DNA of 54,614 nt from a bacterium (GTDB lineage: Bacteria; Babelota; Babeliae; Babelales; JAUWHS01). A program made the position numbers and the translations under genes. The notes under the pieces are model-generated. The model was not told where the DNA came from, searched no databases, and saw only the letters and a list, made by a program, of their open reading frames with translations. The DNA lies in NCBI GenBank assembly GCA_043818275.1, contig JBDRFY010000069.1:1-54614 (forward strand), in the 5' to 3' direction. This document shows, in pieces, positions 19,254 through 28,216 of the stretch (positions are counted from its first letter, which is position 1; every line of letters starts with the position of its first letter).

Positions 19254-21803
19254 ATGAAAAAAAATCTTATAGTTTTATTAACACTTTTTACAATCAACAT
19301 TTGTAACGCCATAGACATCAACATACCAATCATAGATAAAAAAATAACACCATTTGAAGGTTTTGAACCTGGTGAAGTTTTAAAATTTGCTGGTAGACTT
19401 ACAGATAAAACAATTAATGCGATTAAAGAAAAAGTAACAGAAGCTACCAACAAACTTCAATTTTGGAAAGAAGAAGTCAAAAAGCAAGAAAAAAGTGTTC
19501 CTATAAATGTCCCTTATAATTATGAAGAACTTTTATCGGTAGATAATCAGGATTTCTTTACACAAATTTTTGGAACAGCAAAACAAATATCTGTCGGAAA
19601 AAATAAAGATAAAATGTCTGTCTGGATTATCGGAACAGAAGGTATTCCTTACGAATATAATCCTTCCAATAAAATACATAATCTTTCATGGATAAAGCAA
19701 ATAAAAAACTCGGGTATAACAAAAATTGCTGTTGCTGAAGACGGAACTCTTGCCGGAATAGATTCAAATGGGAATATAGCAATATATAAAAATAATAAAT
19801 GGGAACCAACAAAAACAACAAAAAATGGCATAGCAACCAAAATGACTGCGGAGGCAGCTGAAAATTTCAAAGCTGTTGATGTTGATATTGCAAATGAAAA
19901 AGAAATTGTTTATTTAAACGAAAATGGAGACATTTACAAATCTGATGATGGGGGAATGAATTGGAAATCATTGCCATCACTAAAAAATGAAGAAAAATTC
20001 CAGAATGTTTCCATGGGAGCTGATGGAACAATTTTTGCCTGCGCGGATAATTTAGCCGCTTATCATTTTGATGAACAAAAATGGATAGCATTTCCTAATA
20101 AAATTAAAAAAATTGCAGCCGGAAGCAAAACCAACCTGGTTGGAATTTCAAAAGACAACCAGTTATTAATCTTTGACGCAAGCGAAAATAAATGGATGCT
20201 GCAAAAAAATTTAATCTCTGATGCCGCAAAAAAAGGCAAAACAATCGAAGTTATAGATATCGCAACGAACAGTTCCGGAAACATCTGGGCAATAACAAAT
20301 AAAAATGAAATCATAACTAACATCGCAGCAAATACAAATGACGCTTTACAAAAATTAAAATCAGGAAAAGTCATAACAATAAATAGTTTAAGCGAAAATA
20401 AATTTTTAAGAGTTGAAAACAAAGAAAGAAATTATTTAAAACCTACAGCAACAGACCCGGAAGATCCAAACACTTTATTTACAATAATTCGTTCCGGACA
20501 ATATTTTGGACTTCAATATAAAAATCAGTTTGTTACATGTGATCCAAACGAAGGCCTTGGAGAATTTAAAGGCTCAATTAAATTATCGCCTAATTTTTCA
20601 TCCGGAGAAAAATGGCTGCTTTCTGGTGAATTAGAACAATCAACAATTACAAGTTATGCAAACAAAAAAAATCTAACATTTATTGATTTGGAAACAATTT
20701 TAAAAGAAATTAAAAAAATTCAAATGGAAGCTATAGAAAAACAACATACAGAAGCTCAAATAGCTGCTGCTGCCGGAACTTCCGGTCTTGGAACAGCCGC
20801 GGCAGGTGTTACAACTGCAGCAGGAGCTGGAATTGGCGCTGTTGTTGCTGGCGTAATTATGGCAGTTATGGGAACAGTTGTTCCTGGCGCCGGGAACATT
20901 AGTGGAGCCCTGATTGGACTCGCTATTGGAGGTGCAATAGGAGGAACTTTTGGAGGTATGCTTGGCTTCTCAATGGCCACTTCTGGATTTGCTGCAAATG
21001 CTGTTATTGCAACAGCCATTGAATTTCAGCATCAAAGATCTGCTGCAGATGTGGAAGATTTGGCAAGTCCTGTTTTAAACAATCCGGGATTATTGGGCAA
21101 AATTGTTATGGCATACTTTTTAGCAACTGAAAAAAGCGATCAGGAATTTTTACCGACCTTATTCGATATAGAAATTCAAACAAAAAAACAAAAAGAGATG
21201 CTGGCAACAGACGAAAAAGATTTTAAGCAAGATTATCAATTTGAAGTTCCCGGAAACGGATTTATCAAATTTAAATTAACCGGCAGCCCTTTAAATTTCT
21301 GGCTATGGGATGAAGACAAAAAGGAAATAATTTTGCCTGGAATAATTGGCGGACAAAATAATACAACAATTTCAATTGGAACCCCAACCGGCTGGCAACC
21401 AATTGTAAAAAAATATGAAATAATAAAACCAAATACTCCAAATTCATTCTGGATTGAAATTAAGGACAATAAATTAATAATTGGGTCAGGAGATTTAATC
21501 GGTTCGAATAAAATTGGCGAAAGTGAAACAATAGAAGATCTCTCAAAAGTTAAATATGTCACATTTAGTAAACTTCCAACCTCTGATGTGGAAATTTCAG
21601 AAGTTAATTTTTACAGTAAATTATTAAGCGAAGAAAAACCAATTGAAAAAATTGAAATCACAGAAAAAGAAAGAGCTGAACAACCTAAATTTATTTCTCC
21701 AGCGCCAAAACTTATTTCTCCTGCTCCAACAAAAAAAGAAGAAACAAAACCTGAAAAAATTATTGTAACAGAAGAAGAGGAAGAAGCTTACGGCGGGATT
21801 TAA
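19254..21803 (+). CDS. Exported tectonin-like/beta-trefoil/FAMeT-like protein with glycine-zipper hydrophobic insert (paralog A)
   Basis: ATG 19254 after AAGGAG matches the paralog start; blades KQISVG, TKIAVAEDG, QNVSMGADG, KKIAAGS; Gly/Ala segment ~20755-21020; ends EEAYGGI. Confidence 0.75.
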   Translation: MKKNLIVLLTLFTINICNAIDINIPIIDKKITPFEGFEPGEVLKFAGRLTDKTINAIKEKVTEATNKLQFWKEEVKKQEKSVPINVPYNYEELLSVDNQDFFTQIFGTAKQISVGKNKDKMSVWIIGTEGIPYEYNPSNKIHNLSWIKQIKNSGITKIAVAEDGTLAGIDSNGNIAIYKNNKWEPTKTTKNGIATKMTAEAAENFKAVDVDIANEKEIVYLNENGDIYKSDDGGMNWKSLPSLKNEEKFQNVSMGADGTIFACADNLAAYHFDEQKWIAFPNKIKKIAAGSKTNLVGISKDNQLLIFDASENKWMLQKNLISDAAKKGKTIEVIDIATNSSGNIWAITNKNEIITNIAANTNDALQKLKSGKVITINSLSENKFLRVENKERNYLKPTATDPEDPNTLFTIIRSGQYFGLQYKNQFVTCDPNEGLGEFKGSIKLSPNFSSGEKWLLSGELEQSTITSYANKKNLTFIDLETILKEIKKIQMEAIEKQHTEAQIAAAAGTSGLGTAAAGVTTAAGAGIGAVVAGVIMAVMGTVVPGAGNISGALIGLAIGGAIGGTFGGMLGFSMATSGFAANAVIATAIEFQHQRSAADVEDLASPVLNNPGLLGKIVMAYFLATEKSDQEFLPTLFDIEIQTKKQKEMLATDEKDFKQDYQFEVPGNGFIKFKLTGSPLNFWLWDEDKKEIILPGIIGGQNNTTISIGTPTGWQPIVKKYEIIKPNTPNSFWIEIKDNKLIIGSGDLIGSNKIGESETIEDLSKVKYVTFSKLPTSDVEISEVNFYSKLLSEEKPIEKIEITEKERAEQPKFISPAPKLISPAPTKKEETKPEKIIVTEEEEEAYGGI

Positions 21804-21824
21804 AATAATTAATATTATAACGGT

Positions 21825-21859
21825 ATGGCGTCAGGGAATTACCTTGACGCCATTTTTTT
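21825..21859 (+). terminator. Intrinsic terminator
   Basis: ATGGCGTCAGGG-AATTA-CCTTGACGCCAT followed by a T run. Confidence 0.85.
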
Positions 21860-21933
21860 AAACCATTGATTTGCAATATAATTTTTTTTAAAACTAAAAA
21901 ACACTTAATCAAAAAAAATAAAAAGGAGAAAGA

Positions 21934-24306
21934 ATGAAAAAAAATCTTATAATTTTGCTAACACTTTTTACAATCAACATTTCTAACGCAATAGATATCA
22001 AAATACCAATCATAGACAAACCGGTAACAATTGCTGAAGACTTTCAACCCGGAGAAGCTTTAAAATTTTCAGGAAGACTTACAGACAAAACAATTAACGC
22101 AATAAAAGAACAAGTAACAGAAGCTACCGACAAACTTCAATTCTGGAAAGAAGAAATCAAAAAACAGGAAAAAAGTGTTCCTATAAATGTCCCTTATAAT
22201 TATGAAGAACTTTTATCGGTAGATAATCAGGATTTTTTCACACAAATTTTTGGAACTGCAAAACAAATATCTGTTGGAAAGAATAAAGATAAAATGTCTG
22301 TATGGATTATTGGAACAGAAGGTATTCCTTACGAATACAATCCTTCAAATAAAACGCATAACCTTTCATGGATAAAACAAATTAAAAATTCGGGAATAAC
22401 AAAAATTGCCGCAGCTGAAGATGGAACGCTTGCTGGAATTGATTTAAATGGAAATATTGTAATATCAAAAAATGACAAATGGATTCCAACCAAAACAACC
22501 AAAAATGGAATAGCCATGAAAGTGACAGCTCAAGAAGGTGAAAATTTTAAAGCTGTTGATGTTGATATTGCAAATGAAAAAGAAATTGTTTATTTAAATC
22601 AAAATGGAGATATTTATAAATCTGATGATAGCGGAAACAATTGGAAGATATTACCGTCTGAACCTTCTATAAAAAAAGATGAAAAATTTCAAAATGTTTC
22701 AATAGGAGCAGATGGAACAATTGTCGCGTGCACAGATAAACTTTCAGCTTATTATCTTTATGGCCAAAGATGGATGAATTTTCAAGTTAAAATAAAAAAA
22801 ATTGCCGCTGGAAGCAAAACAAATCTGGTTGGAATTTCTAAAGATAATCAGTTATTAATTTTTGACGCAAATAAAAATAACTGGATGCTGCAAAAAAACT
22901 TAATCGCTGATACCGCAAAAAAAGGAAAACCAATTGAAGTCATCGATGTCGCAACAAACAGTTCCGGAAACATCTGGGCAATAACAAATGATAATAAAAT
23001 AATATCCAACATCGCGGCGAATACAAATGAAGCTTTGCAAAAATTAAAATCGGGAAAAATTGTAACAATAAATAGTTTATGTGAAAACAAATTTTTAAGA
23101 GTTGAAAACAAAGAAGGAAATTATTTAAAACCTACAGCAACCGATCCGGAAGATCCGAACGCATTATTTACAATAATTCGCTCAGGACAATATTTTGGTC
23201 TTCAACAAAGCAACCAATTTATTTCATGTGATCCAAATGAAGGAGTTGGAGAATTTAAAGGCTCGATTAAATTATCGCCAAATTTTTTGGCAAATGAAAA
23301 ATGGCTGATTTCAGAAAAATTAGAACAATCAACAATTACAAGTTACGTAAATAAAAAAAATCTGGCTACCGTTCAATTAGAAAAAATAGTTCTTATATTA
23401 AAAGAAGAACAAATGAAACAGATACAAAAACATCACGATTCCTGGCATGGAATGGCACAAATAATAAGATATGTTCTTCCACTTGACCTACCAACAGCTA
23501 TTGCGGCAGCATTTGCTGTAGCTACAGTAGTTGAATTTCAAAGACAAAGAACTGTGGCAGAACTTGAAGATTATACAAATCCTGTATTACAAAATCCTGG
23601 TCTCTTGGGACCAATGATTGCAATGGCTTATTTACCCCCAATATTTAAAGGAGATGAAGAAGATCTAACCGCTCTATTTGATATAGAAATTCAGACAAAA
23701 AAACAAAAAGAAATATTAGCTACAGATGAAAAAGATTTTAGAAATGATTATCAATTTGATATTCCCGGGCAAGGATTTATCAAATTTAAAGTAACAGGCA
23801 ACCCTTTAAATTTCTGGCTATGGGATGAAGACAAAAAGGAAATAATTTTGCCTGGAATAATTGGCGGACAAAATAATACAACAATTTCAATTGGAACTCC
23901 TACCGGTTGGCAACCAATTTTTAAACAAGATGAAATAGTAAAACCAAATACTCCAAATTCATTCTGGATCGAAATTAAGGACAATAAATTAATAATTGGG
24001 TCCGGAGATTTGATAGGATTAAATAAAATTGGCGAAAGTGAAAAAATAGAAGATCTTTCAAAAGTTAAATATGTCACATTCAGTAAATTGCCTACTTCAG
24101 ATGTTGAAATTTCAGAAGTAAATTTCTATAGCAAATTATTAACTCCCCGATTAACCGAACCCATAGCAACAATTCAACCTGTGCCAACAAAAAGAATAAC
24201 ACCTGCGCCAACCAAAGTTATTTCACCAACACCACAAAAAGAACAACCTAAAATCCAACCAAAAAAAATAACAGAAGAAGAGAAAGAAGCTTACGGCGGA
24301 ATTTAA
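21934..24306 (+). CDS. Tandem paralog B of 19254..21803 with an alternative central segment
   Basis: Long identical stretches (e.g. KKQEKSVPINVPYNYEELLSVDNQDFFTQIFGTAKQISVG); different shorter centre; ends EAYGGI. Confidence 0.75.
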   Translation: MKKNLIILLTLFTINISNAIDIKIPIIDKPVTIAEDFQPGEALKFSGRLTDKTINAIKEQVTEATDKLQFWKEEIKKQEKSVPINVPYNYEELLSVDNQDFFTQIFGTAKQISVGKNKDKMSVWIIGTEGIPYEYNPSNKTHNLSWIKQIKNSGITKIAAAEDGTLAGIDLNGNIVISKNDKWIPTKTTKNGIAMKVTAQEGENFKAVDVDIANEKEIVYLNQNGDIYKSDDSGNNWKILPSEPSIKKDEKFQNVSIGADGTIVACTDKLSAYYLYGQRWMNFQVKIKKIAAGSKTNLVGISKDNQLLIFDANKNNWMLQKNLIADTAKKGKPIEVIDVATNSSGNIWAITNDNKIISNIAANTNEALQKLKSGKIVTINSLCENKFLRVENKEGNYLKPTATDPEDPNALFTIIRSGQYFGLQQSNQFISCDPNEGVGEFKGSIKLSPNFLANEKWLISEKLEQSTITSYVNKKNLATVQLEKIVLILKEEQMKQIQKHHDSWHGMAQIIRYVLPLDLPTAIAAAFAVATVVEFQRQRTVAELEDYTNPVLQNPGLLGPMIAMAYLPPIFKGDEEDLTALFDIEIQTKKQKEILATDEKDFRNDYQFDIPGQGFIKFKVTGNPLNFWLWDEDKKEIILPGIIGGQNNTTISIGTPTGWQPIFKQDEIVKPNTPNSFWIEIKDNKLIIGSGDLIGLNKIGESEKIEDLSKVKYVTFSKLPTSDVEISEVNFYSKLLTPRLTEPIATIQPVPTKRITPAPTKVISPTPQKEQPKIQPKKITEEEKEAYGGI

Positions 24307-24318
24307 AAAGGAGGAAAA

Positions 24319-25608
24319 ATGAAATCAAATAAAATTTTATTATTCTTTTTATTTATCTTTTCTCAAATACTGACCGCTCAATTCAATCAAATTCCCGGAA
24401 CATTGCAAAAAATCACTGTTGGAAAAGAAAATAATCAGCTTGCGGTTTATGGAATTCATCCAAACAATACAATTTTTAAATACACACCAGGCATTACCCC
24501 TCCATGGACGGGATTTCAAAATCCTTTTTCATTAAATCAGATCGATTTGGGAAACGATGGTTTTTTGATGGGCGCAAATTTAGCGGAATCCAAAAACATT
24601 TATAAATTTGACGCGACAACAAATCAATGGATTCAGACAAATTTAACCGCGTTTCAAATTGTTGTTAACAATAACAACCTAATAATCGCTCTTGCCAAAA
24701 ATTATCTGGTTTTTGAATCAAATGATGGCGGAAACAGCGCTTATCCAATTTCTTCAGACACATTTAAAACTGTAACGGCAAGTAAAAAACCACAGGAAAG
24801 ATTAATTTTGGCAATTAATAAAAATGACAATAAAATTTACAAACATCAGGGCGGAAAAATTTGGACTATTTTTTCAAATTCAACAAATATTACAAAAATA
24901 GCAATTGGCAACGCGCAAAATATTTGGGGAATCGATTCGCAAAACAAACTGGTTAAATGGAACAATTCTACCTGGATTAGACAAGAAGAACCGCCGTTAA
25001 ATTTCATCCCGCCAATTATAGATATTTCTGTTAATTCTGATGGCGTTTTATTTTTAACAACCGACAGCGGAGAAATTTTCGCAAATATTGAAACTCAACC
25101 AATTTCACCTCAAACCAATCCTCAACAACCAATACAACAACCAACGCAACAACAAATACCTCAACAAACACAAACAACAATTCAACAGCTATCTTTAAAT
25201 CAATTTAATATTTTTAAACAACAGATTGAAACGAATCTTAAAAATCTGGAAAATCAAATTAAAGAAAATGGTGAAAAAGATCAATTAAGAGAAAAGCAAA
25301 TTGGTTATTTAAATCAACAACTCAAAGAACTGCAAAGTAAAATCGTAACATTACAAGAAGAAATCAAACAAGCCACAACTCAATCAACAATTATTCAACC
25401 ACAGATTTCACAACAAAATTTAACTGCTTCTCCACCAATTCAGGCAATTCCGGTTCAAACAACAATTCAGCAACCAGCAACAGTCCCAACTCAAATACAA
25501 TCTCAATTAACAATACAACAACCAACACAACAAACTTTTTCAACACAAAGATCAAGAACTACATCAACAGCGCCAACAAACAGCGCGGTAAGTTTTAGAA
25601 GAAGATAA
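24319..25608 (+). CDS. Exported tectonin-like propeller plus coiled coil with Gln/Thr/Arg tail
   Basis: AGGAGG RBS; signal peptide; IPGTLQKITVG, TKIAIGNAQNIWGID, DISVNSDG blades; ends SFRRR. Confidence 0.7.
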   Translation: MKSNKILLFFLFIFSQILTAQFNQIPGTLQKITVGKENNQLAVYGIHPNNTIFKYTPGITPPWTGFQNPFSLNQIDLGNDGFLMGANLAESKNIYKFDATTNQWIQTNLTAFQIVVNNNNLIIALAKNYLVFESNDGGNSAYPISSDTFKTVTASKKPQERLILAINKNDNKIYKHQGGKIWTIFSNSTNITKIAIGNAQNIWGIDSQNKLVKWNNSTWIRQEEPPLNFIPPIIDISVNSDGVLFLTTDSGEIFANIETQPISPQTNPQQPIQQPTQQQIPQQTQTTIQQLSLNQFNIFKQQIETNLKNLENQIKENGEKDQLREKQIGYLNQQLKELQSKIVTLQEEIKQATTQSTIIQPQISQQNLTASPPIQAIPVQTTIQQPATVPTQIQSQLTIQQPTQQTFSTQRSRTTSTAPTNSAVSFRRR

Positions 25609-25612
25609 ACTC

Positions 25613-25660
25613 ATAAAGTAGAGTATCATACGGCTTTTGACGTATGACACTCTACTTTAT
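25613..25660. terminator. Bidirectional terminator between convergent genes
   Basis: ATAAAGTAGAGTATCATACG / CGTATGACACTCTACTTTAT, 20 bp with one mismatch. Confidence 0.8.
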
Positions 25661-27102
25661 TTAAGCGCCCTTTTTTTTAATTCTTCAACATCTTTTATAT
25701 TTTCTTCAATTTGAATTTCGTAAGCTTTTTTTAAAAATTTTCCCATTTCTGGACCCGGCTTTACAATACCCAGCAAATGTCTTCCAAGTAAAACAGGTTT
25801 TTCTGCCTCGTGTTCAACCTGCGCCTCTTTTGCGCGCTGTAAAAATAAATTATACTTTTCAACACCAACCATTTTTAATGGTTCAGATGATTTTTGATTT
25901 CTTCCCTGCCAGTCCGCCAGAGCTAAAATTGCCAATTGTCTCATGCTTATTTGTGGACTCAGCTTTGCTGCTAATTTTTTATAAGCTTTCAAACCCGCTT
26001 TTTGTTCAATTAATAAACCGGGACGAACATGATAGAAAACAAGCTTGCAGGCAAATTCTATTAACTCTTTATTTATAATAAAACGCTTTAAAAATTTTTT
26101 CGCGATTTTTTCTCCTGTTTTTTCATGCGCGAATGAATGTAATTCTTCGTCAGTTGTTTGAGGTTTACCTAAATCATGACACAAAACTGCAAGCATAATC
26201 GCAAACTTTTCACTTTCATTTTCATATTTATCAAAAATCGCAGCCGCATCAAAACATTGCATTGTATGTTCGAAAACATCCCCTTCCGGATGATAATCTT
26301 TTCGTTGCTTAACGCGGACCAAATCATAAAGTTCGGGAAAAATATCTTTTAATCGATTTATTTTTTTTAACCAACGAAAACCAAGAGATGGACGTTCAGA
26401 TTTTAAAAAAAGTTTTTGAATTTCTGTATAAATTCTCTCTTTTGATAACACTTTATCAGTTTCTAAATCTTTAAAACTCATCGATTTACAAATTTTATTT
26501 AAATTTTCATCCGGAGTCATTTCAAACCGACCGATAAATTGCATCACTCTGAAAAAACGTAGCGGATCCTGCAAAAATAAATCTTCATCTACAGCTCTTA
26601 AAATTTTATTCTTTAGATCTTTTTGACCACCATACGGATCAATAATTTTAATGCTCCCCAGGTCTGAGATAGACTCAGATCCTATTAAATCATTCAAATT
26701 TATAGCCATGGCATTAATTGTCAGATCTCTGCGCCTGCACGCCTGCTCAATTGTCATATCTGGATCAATTTCAACTTTTGGTTTTCGGCCCAGACTATCT
26801 TTTCTTGGCAATGACCAGTCGATATCAATAGGTAAAATTTTAGAATCTTTTTTATTAATTAATTTCAAAACACCAAATTGTTGACCAACAAATTTAACTT
26901 CACCAAAATTTTCCAGACATTTTTTCAATTCTTCCAATGAAATTTTATGTACCTCAATATCGAAATCTTTTACCGGTTTAGCCAACAATAGATCACGCAC
27001 CGACCCACCAACCAGATAACTGACTCCCCCTTTTTTTTCTATTTCATTTAAAATTGGTTTTATATTTTTTACATTATTTAAAAAATCTAAAATATGTTTC
27101 AT
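25657..27102 (-). CDS. cca: CCA tRNA nucleotidyltransferase / poly(A) polymerase family with HD domain
   Basis: VGGSVRD, DFDIE, RRDLTINAMA, DPLR, HPEGDVFEHT...CHDLGKP. Confidence 0.88.
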   Translation of the reverse strand: MKHILDFLNNVKNIKPILNEIEKKGGVSYLVGGSVRDLLLAKPVKDFDIEVHKISLEELKKCLENFGEVKFVGQQFGVLKLINKKDSKILPIDIDWSLPRKDSLGRKPKVEIDPDMTIEQACRRRDLTINAMAINLNDLIGSESISDLGSIKIIDPYGGQKDLKNKILRAVDEDLFLQDPLRFFRVMQFIGRFEMTPDENLNKICKSMSFKDLETDKVLSKERIYTEIQKLFLKSERPSLGFRWLKKINRLKDIFPELYDLVRVKQRKDYHPEGDVFEHTMQCFDAAAIFDKYENESEKFAIMLAVLCHDLGKPQTTDEELHSFAHEKTGEKIAKKFLKRFIINKELIEFACKLVFYHVRPGLLIEQKAGLKAYKKLAAKLSPQISMRQLAILALADWQGRNQKSSEPLKMVGVEKYNLFLQRAKEAQVEHEAEKPVLLGRHLLGIVKPGPEMGKFLKKAYEIQIEENIKDVEELKKRALK

Positions 27103-27243
27103 AAATCACCTAAATTTTTAAATTTTAATCAAAGCTAAAATTCATTTTAGAAAATAAGTATATCCATAACAAACAATTTTATCTTAAACTTGCTATTTTA
27201 AACTTTTTTCGTAAAATTTATGATTATTGAAATATTAAGATTT

Positions 27244-27319
27244 GGGGCTATAGCTCAGTTGGTAGAGCGCATGAATGGCATTCATGAGGTCACCGGTCCG
27301 ATCCCGGTTAGCTCCACCA
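27244..27319 (+). tRNA. tRNA-Ala(GGC)
   Basis: 76 nt; GGGGCTA/TAGCTCC acceptor with G3:U70; anticodon arm CATGA-ATGGCAT-TCATG; encoded CCA; atypical T-loop TCCGATC. Confidence 0.95.
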
Positions 27320-27430
27320 ACTTTCGCCAAGGCTTCAGTTGGCAGGCCTGTTAAATTTAAAAATTTAATTAAATATTATTAAGAACCATTAACGGCGAAA
27401 GTTGTCCTCCGTAGTTTTAACGAAGGAGGA
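27317..27430 (+). repeat. tRNA-3' palindromic repeat pair
   Basis: CCAACTTTCGCCAAGGCTTCAGTTGGCAGGCC hairpin; CAACTTTCGCC (27318-27328) inverted at 27394-27404; then TCCTCCGTAGTTTTAACGAAGGAGGA hairpin. Confidence 0.7.
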
Positions 27431-27493
27431 CTGGCGCGGCCAGTTTTTTAAATGATTGATATTGTTAGAAAAATTGACGAAGGCTATCCAGCG

Positions 27494-27526
27494 TCCTTCG
27501 ACACGCTACGCGGCTCAGGATAAGCG
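27494..27526 (+). repeat. CCTTCGAC...GCTCAG family short palindromic repeat
   Basis: TCCTTCGACACGCTACGCGGCTCAGGATAAGCG; relatives at 43838 and 54365. Confidence 0.7.
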
Positions 27527-27570
27527 AAATATATTGGAACATTTCTAAGAAATTTAAAAAAAAGGCGGTT

Positions 27571-28113
27571 ATGGAGAGAATGAATAGAATTTCAAAAAAG
27601 GCTCTTTTAAAATTTAATATTTTCGTTTCTATTGTCGCCATACTTTTTGCATTTCAAATATTAAAACATGGTATCTCAACAGGTATTCAAATGGCTTTAC
27701 TTATTTGGTCTTTATATATCCTCTGTGTTCCCGCAAAACATGGATTTGTAATTTTAGGTTTTCCTTATCGTTTTATAACAAAACAGAAAATGAAATATCC
27801 GGAAGTTTACATGTGGGTATTTGCACTTTTATTTAGTCTAACTGAATTATTTGTATCACCGTTAATTTTTTTCAAATCGGAATATACACATCTTTTATAC
27901 AGAATTTTAACAACTCCATGGCCATATTGGTTGATTCCTATAACGTCTGCCGCAAGCTCGCTTTATCCTTTTTTTGTTGATGTTGATGTCACAATAAGAA
28001 CAAAAAAACACTTTTTAATCAGAAAAGGTTTATTAATTGTTTCTCTCATAACTCTTTCATATTTTGCATTCGTTGATTTTATAATTTTGCTAAATATGCA
28101 TGCAGGTGGATAA
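27571..28113 (+). CDS. Integral membrane hypothetical protein
   Basis: 180 aa with about five hydrophobic segments; family not recognised. Confidence 0.65.
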   Translation: MERMNRISKKALLKFNIFVSIVAILFAFQILKHGISTGIQMALLIWSLYILCVPAKHGFVILGFPYRFITKQKMKYPEVYMWVFALLFSLTELFVSPLIFFKSEYTHLLYRILTTPWPYWLIPITSAASSLYPFFVDVDVTIRTKKHFLIRKGLLIVSLITLSYFAFVDFIILLNMHAGG

Positions 28114-28216
28114 TCTTTTTTAATTTTTATTCAAATCTATTGATTTTGTAATTCAAAACATTTTATTTTTTAAGCAAGGTTCAATCGAAAATTATTGTTA
28201 AATAAAGGAACTATCA

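Noticed and set aside
20756-21019. Pro/Ala-rich minus-strand ORF and similar shadow ORFs in both paralogs
   Set aside because: Antisense by-products of the plus-strand genes; their recurrence follows from the duplication
19254-24306. Diversity-generating retroelement TR/VR pair
   Set aside because: Whole-gene duplication with differences at all base types and no reverse transcriptase in the window
5705-25608. Prophage or integrative island interpretation of the array
   Set aside because: No integrase, phage structural genes or att-like flanks recognised; composition looks similar to the backbone
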